Positions 42,334 to 54,249 of a stretch of 64,000 nucleotides of DNA are shown one piece after another (position 1 is the first letter of the stretch; each line of letters opens with the position of its first letter). This DNA is from Jatrophihabitantaceae bacterium (GTDB lineage: Bacteria > Actinomycetota > Actinomycetes > Mycobacteriales > Jatrophihabitantaceae). Where the stretch lies: NCBI GenBank assembly GCA_036258135.1, contig DATAEG010000003.1, positions 128-64,127 on the forward strand, in the 5' to 3' direction. The notes below the pieces were generated by a model. It was not told where the DNA came from. It saw nothing but the letters and a program-made list of their open reading frames with translations, and did no database searches. The position numbers were made by a program, and so were the translations under genes.

Positions 42334-43956
42334 CTAGGGCCGGCGCCAGGTGCGGCCGTCGAGGGCGAGCATTTCGTCCGCGGCCTTCGGGCCCCACTCG
42401 CCGGCCCGGTAGAGGTGCGGCTCCTTGCCCTTCCAGAAATCCTCCAGCGGGTCGATCACCCGCCACGACGCCTCGACCTCCTCGTTGCGCGGGAACAGCG
42501 TGGCGTCGCCAAGCAGGACGTCGAGGATGAGCCGCTCGTAGGCCTCCGGCGAGGACTCGGTGAACGCCTCGCCATAGAGGAAGTCCATCGCAACGTCCCG
42601 GACCTCCATGGCGCTGCCCGGGACCTTGGAACCGAACTTCAGCGTCACACCTTCGTCGGGCTGGACGCGGATGACCAGCTGGTTGTGGCCCAGCTCCTCG
42701 GTGTCGGTGGCGTCGAAGGGCAGATGCGGCGCCGTGGTGAACAGCACCGCGATCTCGGTGACCCGGCGCGGCAGCCGCTTGCCAGTGCGGATGTAGAACG
42801 GCACGCCGGCCCAGCGGCGGGTCTCCACCCCGAGCTTGACCGCGGCGTAGGTCTCCGTCTTTGAATCCGGCGGGACGTCCTTCTCGCCGCGGTAGGCGAC
42901 GGCCCTCGACCCGGCGAGCCACCCCTGGTCGTACTGCCCGCGAACGGCGTAGCGCTCGATGTCCTCGGGCACGGTGATCGCGCGGAGCACCTTCGTCTTC
43001 TCGACGCGGATGGCCTCGGCGCTGAACTCGACCGGCTCCTCCATGGCGGTCAGAGCCAGCAGCTGGAGCAGGTGGTTCTGGAGCACGTCCCGGGCGGCGC
43101 CGGTCTCGTCGTAGAACGCGGCCCGGCCGCCGATGCCCACGTCCTCGGCCATGGTGATCTGCACCGAATCGACGTAGTGCGCATTCCACACCGGCTCGAA
43201 GAGCTGGTTCGCGAAACGCAACGCCAGGATGTTCTGGACGGTCTCCTTGCCAAGGTAGTGGTCGATGCGGAAGACGTCCTTGTTGGTGAAGACCGAGTCC
43301 ACGAGCGCGTTCAACTCGATGGCGCTCTCCAAGTCGTGGCCGAACGGCTTCTCCACGATCACGCGGCGCCAGCCACCGGCCTGCGCGTCGTCGGCGATGC
43401 CGGTGCGGCGCATCTGCTCCAGGACGGTCGGGAACATCACGGGCGGGATCGACAGGAAGAACGCGGCGTTGCCGTTGATTCCATGCGTCTTGCACAGTTC
43501 GTTCAGCGTGTTGTTCAGGGTGTCGAACGCCTCGTCGTCGTCGAAGGAACCGGGGACGAACTTCACCCGACCGGACAGCCGGTTCCAAACTTCTTCGCTC
43601 CAGTTGGTCCGGGCGTGGTCCTTGGCCGACTTCTTCGCCAGGTCCTCGAAGTCGCCGTCACCCCAGTCCCGGCGTGCGAAGCCCAACAGGACGAAGTCGG
43701 TCGGGAGCAGGCCCCGGTTGGCCAGGTCGTAGACCGCGGGCAGGAGCTTCTTGCGGGACAAGTCGCCAGTGACGCCAAAGACCACCAACGCACACGGTTC
43801 CGGAACCCGCGGCAACCTCCGGTCGGCGGCCAGCCGCAGTGGGTTGCTGTGAATCGTGGCCACGTCCAACGGACCGCTTCGCGGGGTCGTCGGTTGCCGC
43901 CCGGGCAGCGGTCCGGACGGCTCGGCGATGTCGTTATTGGCTTCCACCGTTGACAT
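42334..43956 (-). CDS. zwf: glucose-6-phosphate dehydrogenase
   Basis: 540 aa. VVFGVTGDLSRKKL, RIDHYLGKE and EKPFGHD motifs. About 30 aa longer at the N-terminus than typical. Confidence 0.95.
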   Translation of the reverse strand: MSTVEANNDIAEPSGPLPGRQPTTPRSGPLDVATIHSNPLRLAADRRLPRVPEPCALVVFGVTGDLSRKKLLPAVYDLANRGLLPTDFVLLGFARRDWGDGDFEDLAKKSAKDHARTNWSEEVWNRLSGRVKFVPGSFDDDEAFDTLNNTLNELCKTHGINGNAAFFLSIPPVMFPTVLEQMRRTGIADDAQAGGWRRVIVEKPFGHDLESAIELNALVDSVFTNKDVFRIDHYLGKETVQNILALRFANQLFEPVWNAHYVDSVQITMAEDVGIGGRAAFYDETGAARDVLQNHLLQLLALTAMEEPVEFSAEAIRVEKTKVLRAITVPEDIERYAVRGQYDQGWLAGSRAVAYRGEKDVPPDSKTETYAAVKLGVETRRWAGVPFYIRTGKRLPRRVTEIAVLFTTAPHLPFDATDTEELGHNQLVIRVQPDEGVTLKFGSKVPGSAMEVRDVAMDFLYGEAFTESSPEAYERLILDVLLGDATLFPRNEEVEASWRVIDPLEDFWKGKEPHLYRAGEWGPKAADEMLALDGRTWRRP

Positions 43957-43989
43957 CTGCGATCGGTCCCTTCTCGGTTTCCGCGCCGG

Positions 43990-45627
43990 TCAGAGTTCTT
44001 GCAAGAGCATGCCGAGCCCGGCCTCTCGGTCGGTCAAGTGCAGCCGCAGCACGGGACGGCCCGCGCCGGCCAGCACAACCGCGTCGCCCGCTGCCTGCGC
44101 CAGTTGCAGCGTCCCGAACGTGTACGGACGATCTGGTATCTCCAGGTCTTGGGCCGCGTCGGCGGTGATTTGCAGGAATCCGCCGTTGGGGTGCCCGCCT
44201 TTGTGGTATTGGCCGGTCGAGTGCAGGAAGCGCGGTCCCCACCCGAACGTGGTCTGAAGCCCGGAAAGCTCGGCCACCGTCTCGCGCAGGTCGGCGGCCG
44301 AGCTGTTGGCGAGTCGGTCCAGGTAGGCCTGGACGGAGATGTAGCCGCCGCCGGGCAGCGCGCCGATCACAGCGCGCACCGCCTCGGCGACCTTCTTCGC
44401 CGCGCCGAGCTCGACGCCGTCGGCTCGCACCTCGATGGCGCCGTCGACGAACGCGGGTGGGTCGGGCGACTCGTCGCCGGACCTGTCCAGCAGCTGACGG
44501 GCCTGTTGCTTGGCCGCCTCCACGTTGGGCTGGTCGAACGGGTTAATGCCGATCAGCCGGCTGGCGATGGCGACGGCGTACTCCCAAAGGACGAACTGCG
44601 CGCCCAGCGGTCCTTGGACGTTCGCCCCAAACGCGGTCACCGCCCGGCTGGGGTCCCGCTCTGGCTCCGGGCCGATGATCACCTGGACCGCGTCCGCCTT
44701 CGCGTCCCGGAAGCCGGGCGCAGTGACGCCCTCGACGACGACCGGCAGCAGCCCCTTGCCGTCCTTGCCGGTGGACTCGGCGATCAGCTGCTCGGCCCAG
44801 TCGCCGAAGCCCTTGATGCCGGACCCCGTATCGCCGAGCACGAGCTTCTCCGCGCCGGCGTCGTGAGCCAAGCCGAAAAGCGCGCCGAGCTGGAGACCGG
44901 GGTTGGTGTCGGCGTCGGAGGCCAGTGCCGGTGCGGCCGCGGCCGCCTCGTCTAGCAGCGCGCCGAGGTCGACGCCGGCCAGCCCGGACGGGACCAGCCC
45001 GAACGCCGTCAGCGCGCTGTAGCGGCCGCCCACATGCGGGTCGGCCAGGAACGTCTTTCGGTACTTCTCCTCCTCGGCCACGGCGGCCAGGGGCGAGCCG
45101 GGATCGGTCACGACGACGATGCGGCGTGCGGCGTCGATCCCCGCATCGGCGAACGCCTTGGCGTAGGCGCGTCGGTGCGAGTCGGTCTCGACCGTCCCGC
45201 CGGACTTGCTCGACACCACCACGACGGTGCGGTCCAACTTGTCGGCGATGGCGGCGCTGACCTGTCCGGGATCGGTGGTGTCGAGGGTGACGAGCTCGAC
45301 CCCAGCGGTCGCGCAGATCACCTCAGGCGCCAACGAGCTGCCGCCCATCCCGGCGAGCACGACGTGGTCGACGTTCTCGTCGGCCAGCTCGGCCCGCAGC
45401 GCCTCGATCTCCGCGACCAACGGCCGCGACGACTGGGCCAGACCCACCCAGGACAGCCGGATCGACGACTCGGCCTCGGCCTCGGGGCCCCACAGCGTCG
45501 GGTCCTGCGCGGTGATCTTGCTGGCCACCTGGTCGGCGACCAGCGCGCGCACCGTGCCGACGTGATCGGCCCCGGCGGGATAGCTCAGAGCGACCGAGAG
45601 CCCGCCGGGGGACTCCAGCGAGGTCAC
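43990..45627 (-). CDS. pgi: glucose-6-phosphate isomerase
   Basis: 545 aa from GTG 45625-45627 (GTGA overlap with the tal stop) inside ORF 43990..46353. SIS/PGI motifs [34 protein letters not shown]. Confidence 0.88.
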   Translation of the reverse strand: MTSLESPGGLSVALSYPAGADHVGTVRALVADQVASKITAQDPTLWGPEAEAESSIRLSWVGLAQSSRPLVAEIEALRAELADENVDHVVLAGMGGSSLAPEVICATAGVELVTLDTTDPGQVSAAIADKLDRTVVVVSSKSGGTVETDSHRRAYAKAFADAGIDAARRIVVVTDPGSPLAAVAEEEKYRKTFLADPHVGGRYSALTAFGLVPSGLAGVDLGALLDEAAAAAPALASDADTNPGLQLGALFGLAHDAGAEKLVLGDTGSGIKGFGDWAEQLIAESTGKDGKGLLPVVVEGVTAPGFRDAKADAVQVIIGPEPERDPSRAVTAFGANVQGPLGAQFVLWEYAVAIASRLIGINPFDQPNVEAAKQQARQLLDRSGDESPDPPAFVDGAIEVRADGVELGAAKKVAEAVRAVIGALPGGGYISVQAYLDRLANSSAADLRETVAELSGLQTTFGWGPRFLHSTGQYHKGGHPNGGFLQITADAAQDLEIPDRPYTFGTLQLAQAAGDAVVLAGAGRPVLRLHLTDREAGLGMLLQEL

Positions 45628-46736
45628 TTCTTCGCAGCCGCGTCGAGTTGACCTTGTACGGCGTCGCGCAGCTGATGCCACGAGTCCTCGAACTTCTGCA
45701 CGCCCTCGGCCTCCAGCACCTGGGTGACGTCGTCGATGTCCACGCCCAAACCCTTCAACTCGGCGAACAGCTGGCGGGCATCGTCGTAATGCGCTGCACC
45801 TTCGGCGCCGCCGATCTGGCCGTGGTCGGCCACCGCGTGCAGGGTCGCCTCGGGCATGGTGTTGACGGTGTCCGGCGCCACGAGCTGCACCACGTACATC
45901 GTGTCGTCGTACTCCGGGTTCTTCACGCCGGTGGACGCCCACAGCGGTCGCTGGGTGTGCGCGCCGGCTTCGGCGAGCGCGCGCCAGCGGTCGGTGGCGA
46001 TGGACTGCTCGTAGAGCTCGTAGGCGAGGCGGGCGTTGGCGATGCCGGCCTTGCCGCGGAGCGCGAGGGCCTCGTCGGAACCGATCTTGTCCAGTCGGTT
46101 GTCGATCTCGGTGTCGACCCGCGAGACGAAGAACGATGCGACCGACCGGATCGTGCTCAGGTCGATGCCGTCCTCCTTGGCCTGCTCCAGTCCGGTCATG
46201 TAGGCGTCGATGACCTCGCCGTAGCGCTCGATGCCGAAGATGAGCGTGACGTTGATGCTGACGCCTTGGGCGATGGCGGCCGTGATGGACGGCAGCCCGG
46301 CCTTCGTCGCCGGGATCTTGATGAACGCGTTCGGCCGGTTCACCAGCCACCACAGCGCGACGGCCTCAGCGGTGGTCTGCTCCGACTCGTGCGCGATGCG
46401 CGGGTCGACCTCCAGCGACACCCGGCCGTCCTGCCCGCCGGTGGCGTCGAAGGTGGGCCGCATGACGTCGCAGCCCCAGCGGATGTCGTAGGCGGTCAGC
46501 AGCCGGACCGCCTCGCCGACCTCAATGCCGCGGATGGCCAGGTCGTGCAGCTGCGCGTCGTAGGCGTCGCCCTTCTCCATGGCCTTCTGGAAGATCGTCG
46601 GGTTACTGGTCACGCCGACGACGTGCTTGTTGGCGACGAAGTCCGCGAGGTTTCCGGTGGTCAGTCGGACGCGGCTGATGTCGTCCAGCCAGATCGAGAC
46701 ACCCTGCGCCGAAAGGTCGGCCAATGCGTCACTCAT
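45624..46736 (-). CDS. tal: transaldolase
   Basis: 370 aa. [19 protein letters not shown] and FIKIPAT (Schiff-base Lys) motifs. Confidence 0.95.
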   Translation of the reverse strand: MSDALADLSAQGVSIWLDDISRVRLTTGNLADFVANKHVVGVTSNPTIFQKAMEKGDAYDAQLHDLAIRGIEVGEAVRLLTAYDIRWGCDVMRPTFDATGGQDGRVSLEVDPRIAHESEQTTAEAVALWWLVNRPNAFIKIPATKAGLPSITAAIAQGVSINVTLIFGIERYGEVIDAYMTGLEQAKEDGIDLSTIRSVASFFVSRVDTEIDNRLDKIGSDEALALRGKAGIANARLAYELYEQSIATDRWRALAEAGAHTQRPLWASTGVKNPEYDDTMYVVQLVAPDTVNTMPEATLHAVADHGQIGGAEGAAHYDDARQLFAELKGLGVDIDDVTQVLEAEGVQKFEDSWHQLRDAVQGQLDAAAKK

Positions 46737-46758
46737 GAGCGTTCTCCTTTGCCTTCTT

Positions 46759-46840
46759 GCTCTTTGCGCGAGCGCTCATCGCCATGCTCGCTCCGCACCT
46801 GCACCCCGCTCGATCGCGACGCGATCGCGCGGGGACCCCG
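46759..46840 (-). repeat. Family 2 core (46759-46783) plus a GC-rich hairpin resembling family 1 (46801-46840) in the tkt-tal spacer
   Basis: The reverse complement of 46759-46783 is GGCGATGAGCGCTCGCGCAAAGAGC. 46801-46840 reads GCACCCCGCTCGATCGCGACGCGATCGCGCGGGGACCCCG. Confidence 0.6.
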
Positions 46841-46894
46841 CGGCGTTCGGCCTGCGATGCTCACTCGCACACCTCCTCGCAGCTACCCGTTGTG

Positions 46895-49045
<2,151 letters not shown>

Positions 49046-49202
49046 GCTTGCCCTCCCGATCACACTCGGCAGTGACGCTGTCACGTCCAGCCTAGCCACC
49101 TTTCTGGCAGCGGTTTCGGCGGCTTACCTCGTGCCGTTACCCGCGGGGAGCGCGACCGGCACCGCGGGTTTTCAGCACAGCCGAGCGGGATACTCTGGCG
49201 CG

Positions 49203-50174
49203 GTGACGCAGACGCCGGTGGCGCCGCCCACTGGCGCGCGGCAGGCCCCGACTCCCGAGCGCCGGGGGATCCCGGCGCCCCGCCGGCGCGGTCAACTGCC
49301 GCTATGGCGCCGTCGGATCGGCGCCTACGTCGCGTTGACCAAGCCGCGGATCATCGAGCTGCTGCTGGTCACCACGCTGCCCGCGATGATCCTGGCGGCC
49401 GACGGCCTTCCGCCCGGCGGCACGGTGCTCACGACCTTGGTGGGCGGCACGCTCGCGGCGGCCAGCGCCAACGCGCTGAACTGCTACGTCGACCGCGACA
49501 TCGACGCCGTCATGCGGCGGACCGGCCGCCGTCCGCTGGCCCGCAAGGAGGTCACCCCTCCGGCGGCTCTTGCCTTCGGCCTCGTTCTCGGGGTCCTGGC
49601 CGTGGTGACGATGGGGCTGGCCACGAACTGGTTCGCGGCGACGCTGACCCTGGCCGCGATCGTGTTCTACGTCGTCGTCTACACGATGGTGCTCAAGCGG
49701 CGCACGCCGCAGAACATCGTCTGGGGCGGCGCCGCCGGCTGCATGCCGGTGCTGATCGGGTGGGTGGCGGTCACCGGCCGTCTGGCCTGGACGCCGTTCA
49801 TCCTCTTCGCGGTCGTCTTCTTCTGGACGCCGCCGCACTTCTGGGCGTTGGCCATCCGCTACCGGGACGACTACGGGCGGGCGGGTGTCCCGATGCTGCC
49901 CGTGGTGGCGGCGCCGCGTACCGTGGCGCGCCAGATCGTCGTCTACAGCTGGCTCACCGTCGCCGCGAGCCTGGCCCTGTGGCCGGTGGCCACCGGATGG
50001 CTGTACGGGGGGGTGGCCATAGTGGCCGGGGCCGTCCTGTTGGCCGAGGCGCACAAGCTACTGCGGGCGACGGTGCGCAACCTGCCCACCCGGTCCATGC
50101 GGTTGTTCCACCTGTCGAACAGCTATCTGGCCGTGGTTTTCCTCGCCGTCGCCGTCGACACCCTGCTGCACTGA
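49203..50174 (+). CDS. ctaB: protoheme IX farnesyltransferase (heme O synthase)
   Basis: 323 aa from GTG 49203 in ORF 48513..50174. [23 protein letters not shown] and PPHFWALA motifs. TACTCT lies 6 nt upstream, suggesting a leaderless start. Confidence 0.92.
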   Translation: MTQTPVAPPTGARQAPTPERRGIPAPRRRGQLPLWRRRIGAYVALTKPRIIELLLVTTLPAMILAADGLPPGGTVLTTLVGGTLAAASANALNCYVDRDIDAVMRRTGRRPLARKEVTPPAALAFGLVLGVLAVVTMGLATNWFAATLTLAAIVFYVVVYTMVLKRRTPQNIVWGGAAGCMPVLIGWVAVTGRLAWTPFILFAVVFFWTPPHFWALAIRYRDDYGRAGVPMLPVVAAPRTVARQIVVYSWLTVAASLALWPVATGWLYGGVAIVAGAVLLAEAHKLLRATVRNLPTRSMRLFHLSNSYLAVVFLAVAVDTLLH

Positions 50175-50193
50175 GCGACCCGGCGCATTCAGG

Positions 50194-51972
50194 TCAGCCG
50201 GACTTGAACGTGATGTGGAACGTCACCGGCGTGGCCACCGATTCGGTTATCCCGTTCCCGACGGCCGCCCGGCCGGAGATCGTGACGGTCACCGACGTGG
50301 CGGTCGCGGGGATCTGGAAGTAGGTGTAGCCGCCAGACTGGATCGCCGCGTGTCGCTTCCCGTTGACGGTCACGTGCAGCAGCGGTCCCCGGAACGAGAA
50401 CGGTCCCGAACCGGTGGAGGTGAAGGGCCCGCTGATGCGGCCGACCCGCTTGTAGGTCAGGTTCATGGTCAGGAAGCAGTCCCGCGGCGAGCTCGGTTGT
50501 TGCCCCGCCACCGTGCCGTACAGCACGGCCCGGCTGATCGAGTACCTGCCCCGGAACGATCCGGTCGCGGACCCGTCGCGGAGATTCATGCGGAAGCTGC
50601 CAGACCCGCTCACTGTGGCCGAGCGATGCTGCCGGGCGTTGATCAGGATGTTCTCCCTGCCGGGCTTTCCGCCGGGCAGGGACAACTCCTGTCGTACACC
50701 CCTGTCCATCATGATCAACTTCACAGGCTGCCCGCTGGGCGTCGCGACCACGACCGCAGGCGTCCGCCCCGGCACGGTCCGCGTCGGACTGCTGCCGATC
50801 TGGATGGTGAGCTGGCGCGTCTGGCCGGTCCCACCATTGACGCCTGGGACGATCGTGAACGTGAAGGCGAGCAGTTGGGTGCCGCTGGCGGCCACCCGGG
50901 CGCCGTCACCGTTGCCGTACCGATCGACGTCCCCAGCCGCGGTCAGCCGGACGCCGTAGGTGTCGCCGACCATCACGGCGGAAGCGGGCGCCGCGGTCAG
51001 CTTCGACTGGTCGACCTCGGCCACGACCAGCGCGTCCTCGGCTGCGGCTGGCGGTGCCGGCGGCTTGAGCCCGCCGCTCCCGCTCGGCGGCTCCGCGCCG
51101 TCCGGCCGCTTCAGATTCAATGACTGCGGGAGTGACGTCGGATTGGGGGACTGTGGCGCGTCGGACACCGCGAGGACGACCTTGCCGTTCTCCGAGGAGG
51201 TCTGGTTGACGTTGTAGGCGAGGTAGGTCTGCTTCGCGTTCCCGTCGACGAAGAGCACCGGTCCGCACAGAAGTTGCGGGGAGATGTCGCTCTTCTTGGC
51301 CCCGGACGCCGGGTCCTTGGGCACCGCGAAGTAGCAGCGGGTGTCCCCGGTCTTGGCGCCGTGCCGCGTCGAGACCTGGTCGCTGACCTGCGTCTCGCCC
51401 TCCTGTAGGACCGCGTCCGCGTTCGAGATGGACTTGCCGTTGAACGTGAACTTGGGTTTGTTGCTGGCCTTGAGGAGGACGAACCCGCCGACGCCGAGGG
51501 CCACGACCAGAATTGCCACCAAGCCGACGATCAGCGGGGTGCGTCGCTTCTTAGCCGGCGCCGGGGCGGCAAGCGGCCACCCGCCGGCTGGGTAGCCGGG
51601 TGCCGAGCCGCCCGGGTAGGCCGGGGGCTCGACGGGGGCGTAGCCGAACACGCCGGCGCCCTGGTAGCCCCAGCTGGCCCCGGGCGGGGCCGAGGCGGGT
51701 GGTGGGTTCGGCGGCGAGCCGTACCCAGGCTGGACCGGGTACTGACCGGTGGGCGGCTGAGGCGGGCCGCTCCAGGAGGGCGGCGGCCACGCCGGGGGCG
51801 GCTGAGGCGGGGACCACGACGCCGGCTCGGTCCGGGACGGCGCCGTTTCCGGCGGGTCGGCAGGACCGGACGGGGTGAGCTGAGACGCCGCCGCGTCGGC
51901 GTCGGGCTCCTCAGCAGGGCGACCGGGCCATGACGGCGGGTCCTGCGGGGGAGTGCCACCGGGCGTGCTCAT
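50194..51972 (-). CDS. hypothetical single-pass membrane protein with Pro-rich cytoplasmic tail and large extracytoplasmic domain
   Basis: About 592 aa from ATG 51970-51972. The N-terminal 140 aa is P/G/Y-rich. One TM helix (LIVGLVAILVVALGVGGFVLL). About 430 aa with no recognisable motif. Confidence 0.6.
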   Translation of the reverse strand: MSTPGGTPPQDPPSWPGRPAEEPDADAAASQLTPSGPADPPETAPSRTEPASWSPPQPPPAWPPPSWSGPPQPPTGQYPVQPGYGSPPNPPPASAPPGASWGYQGAGVFGYAPVEPPAYPGGSAPGYPAGGWPLAAPAPAKKRRTPLIVGLVAILVVALGVGGFVLLKASNKPKFTFNGKSISNADAVLQEGETQVSDQVSTRHGAKTGDTRCYFAVPKDPASGAKKSDISPQLLCGPVLFVDGNAKQTYLAYNVNQTSSENGKVVLAVSDAPQSPNPTSLPQSLNLKRPDGAEPPSGSGGLKPPAPPAAAEDALVVAEVDQSKLTAAPASAVMVGDTYGVRLTAAGDVDRYGNGDGARVAASGTQLLAFTFTIVPGVNGGTGQTRQLTIQIGSSPTRTVPGRTPAVVVATPSGQPVKLIMMDRGVRQELSLPGGKPGRENILINARQHRSATVSGSGSFRMNLRDGSATGSFRGRYSISRAVLYGTVAGQQPSSPRDCFLTMNLTYKRVGRISGPFTSTGSGPFSFRGPLLHVTVNGKRHAAIQSGGYTYFQIPATATSVTVTISGRAAVGNGITESVATPVTFHITFKSG

Positions 51973-52132
51973 CCACACGATCCTCTCTGGGACGGTTGCG
52001 CTGCGCTGGGTCGATCGGTCCGACCTTGGCCGACATTCTGCCTACCAGCTGATTTGTAACCACATCCTGCCCGCCCGGTGCGAGGGGTCCAACTCCACCC
52101 GAACGCGGCTCTGGCGTCATTACAGTGAAGCC

Positions 52133-53005
52133 GTGGCGGCTCGGGTGGCTCTCGCGACGTGTGCCACGTACCCCTCCGGCGAGGAGGTGGAAGGCGACCT
52201 CCTGCTGGATGCCTGCCGCGCGGCGGGCCTGGACGCCGAGTACCGCGACTGGGCCGAGCCCGGCCTCGACTGGGCTGACTACGACCTCGTCGTTATCAGA
52301 TCGACCTGGGACTATGTGCCGCGCCGTGCGGAGTTCGAGGCGTGGGCGGCGTCCGTGCCGCGGCTGGCCAATCCGGCGTCGATCGTGTCGTGGAACGCCA
52401 ACAAGACGTATCTCGCGGTCCTGGCCGACGCCGGCGTGCCGGTGGTGGATACCCGTTTTGTCGAGCCGGGCCAACAGCCGCAGTTCCCGCAGGCCACCGA
52501 GTTCGTGGTCAAGCCCGCCGAGGGGGCCGGGTCGATGGGCGCCGGACGGTTTACTGCCGCCGACGACGGCGCGCGTCGGCACGTCGAGGCGCTGCACCGG
52601 GCCGGCCGCACCGTCATGCTCCAGCCGTACCTCGCCGACGTCGACACCGCCGGCGAGACCGCGCTGATCTTCTTCGACGGGGTGTATAGCCACGCGATCC
52701 GCAAAGGCCCGATGCTGCCCGAGAGCCACGTCTACCCGCTCGACGCCACCGAAGACGAGTTGTTCGTGGCCGAAGAGATCACCCCGCGCACTCCCAGCGC
52801 GGCCGAGCACGACCTGGCCCGGGCGGCCCTGGCCGCGGTGCCCGGCGGCGAGCGGCTGCTCTACGCCCGCGTCGATCTGCTCCCGACGCCGGCCGGCCCG
52901 GTGGTCGGGGAGCTCGAGCTCATCGAACCGTCGCTGTTCCTCGCCTACAACGCGGGCGCGCCGCTGCGGCTGGCCGCGGCGATTGCCGCCCGGGCGCAGC
53001 AGTGA
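52133..53005 (+). CDS. ATP-grasp domain-containing protein (RimK/glutathione synthetase-like)
   Basis: In ORF 51953..53005. GTG 52133 is preferred (VAARVALATC). FVVKPAEGAGSMG and ELELIEPSLF are typical of the ATP-grasp fold. Confidence 0.72.
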   Translation: MAARVALATCATYPSGEEVEGDLLLDACRAAGLDAEYRDWAEPGLDWADYDLVVIRSTWDYVPRRAEFEAWAASVPRLANPASIVSWNANKTYLAVLADAGVPVVDTRFVEPGQQPQFPQATEFVVKPAEGAGSMGAGRFTAADDGARRHVEALHRAGRTVMLQPYLADVDTAGETALIFFDGVYSHAIRKGPMLPESHVYPLDATEDELFVAEEITPRTPSAAEHDLARAALAAVPGGERLLYARVDLLPTPAGPVVGELELIEPSLFLAYNAGAPLRLAAAIAARAQQ

Positions 53006-54249
53006 CGCTCCCCGGCGTCGCCCCGGAGCGGCTGCAGGCGCTGCGCCGGATGAAGTTCTTCGCCGCGGGACTGCTCGTCGCCGCGGCGGTGCTGTTCGTG
53101 GTGGCCCGCGTCGTCGGACACGGGAAGGGCGCCTGGGGCTTCCTCCAGGCGGCCGCGGAGGCCGCGATGGTCGGCGGCCTGGCCGACTGGTTCGCGGTGA
53201 CCGCGCTGTTCCGGTACCCGCTGGGGATCCCGATCCCGCACACCGCGATCATCCCGCGCAAGAAGGACCAGATCGGCGCGAGCCTGGGCTTGTTCGTGCA
53301 GCAGAACTTCCTGACCGCCACGGTGGTGGGGGAGCGGATCCGGTCAGTGGAGATCCCACGCCGGGTCGGCGAGTGGCTCGTCGACCCCGGTCACGCCCGG
53401 CGCCTCGTGGAGGAGGCGGCGGCCGCGCTCAAGGGCACCGCGACGGTCATGAGCGACGACGAGATCCGGCACGCGGTCGGCGCGTTCGCCGAGGCCCGGC
53501 TGCGGGAGATCCAAGCGGCGCCGGTGGTGGCCCGTGTAATCGACATCGTCGTCGAGGGTGGTCAGCACCAAATCGCGTTGACCGCCGGGCTGCGCGGGCT
53601 CATGCGGTTCCTGAACGACAATCGGCCGGCCCTGCGGCAACGACTCGCCGAGGAGTCCCCGGAGTGGGTGCCGGAGTGGGTCGACGACCGCGTCTTCTTG
53701 AAGCTGTTCACCGGGCTCCAGAACTACCTGGCCGACATCGTCGGTGACGAGGACCACGACTTCCGTCTCCAGTTCGACAAGCGGCTGCGGGCCTACGCCT
53801 CGTCGTTGCGGACCGATCCGGCCGCCATCGCCCGGCTGGAGGCGGCCAAGCAGCAGGTGCTGGACCATCCCGCGGTCGGGACATGGCTCAGCTCGCTCTG
53901 GTTCCCGTTAAAGAAGGCGCTGCTGGACGCGGCCGCCGATCCGCACTCGGAGCTGCGGGCTACCGCCGAGAACGTCGTGGTCCGGGTCGGCGAATCGCTC
54001 CGCTCAGACCCGGCCACCCAGTACAAGGTGGAGGGCTGGCTCCAGATCGCGGTCACCCACCTGCTGGCCCGCTACGGCAACGACATCGCCGAGCTGATTT
54101 CGACGACGGTCGCCCGTTGGGACACCCAGGAGACCAGCCGTCGCATCGAGCTACAGGTCGGCCGGGACCTGCAATTCATCCGGGTGAACGGCACCGTCGT
54201 CGGCGCGCTGGTCGGAGTGCTGATCTACACGGTGGGCCGGTTGTTGTAA
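53002..54249 (+). CDS. DUF445 domain-containing membrane protein
   Basis: 415 aa. GTG start overlaps the upstream stop (GTGA). GGLADWFAVTALFRYPLGIPIPHTAIIPRKKD is the DUF445 hallmark. Confidence 0.8.
   Translation: MTLPGVAPERLQALRRMKFFAAGLLVAAAVLFVVARVVGHGKGAWGFLQAAAEAAMVGGLADWFAVTALFRYPLGIPIPHTAIIPRKKDQIGASLGLFVQQNFLTATVVGERIRSVEIPRRVGEWLVDPGHARRLVEEAAAALKGTATVMSDDEIRHAVGAFAEARLREIQAAPVVARVIDIVVEGGQHQIALTAGLRGLMRFLNDNRPALRQRLAEESPEWVPEWVDDRVFLKLFTGLQNYLADIVGDEDHDFRLQFDKRLRAYASSLRTDPAAIARLEAAKQQVLDHPAVGTWLSSLWFPLKKALLDAAADPHSELRATAENVVVRVGESLRSDPATQYKVEGWLQIAVTHLLARYGNDIAELISTTVARWDTQETSRRIELQVGRDLQFIRVNGTVVGALVGVLIYTVGRLL

Noticed and set aside
42299-43588. N-terminal 430-aa extension of the opcA ORF (41303-43588).
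   Set aside because: The extension overlaps zwf on the same strand in another frame and is Arg/Pro-rich. OpcA homology begins at MTTLWDT (42298), which has a good SD.
45628-46353. N-terminal extension of the pgi ORF (43990-46353) overlapping tal.
   Set aside because: Same reasoning as for opcA. PGI homology starts at VTSLESPGG, with a GTGA coupling to tal.
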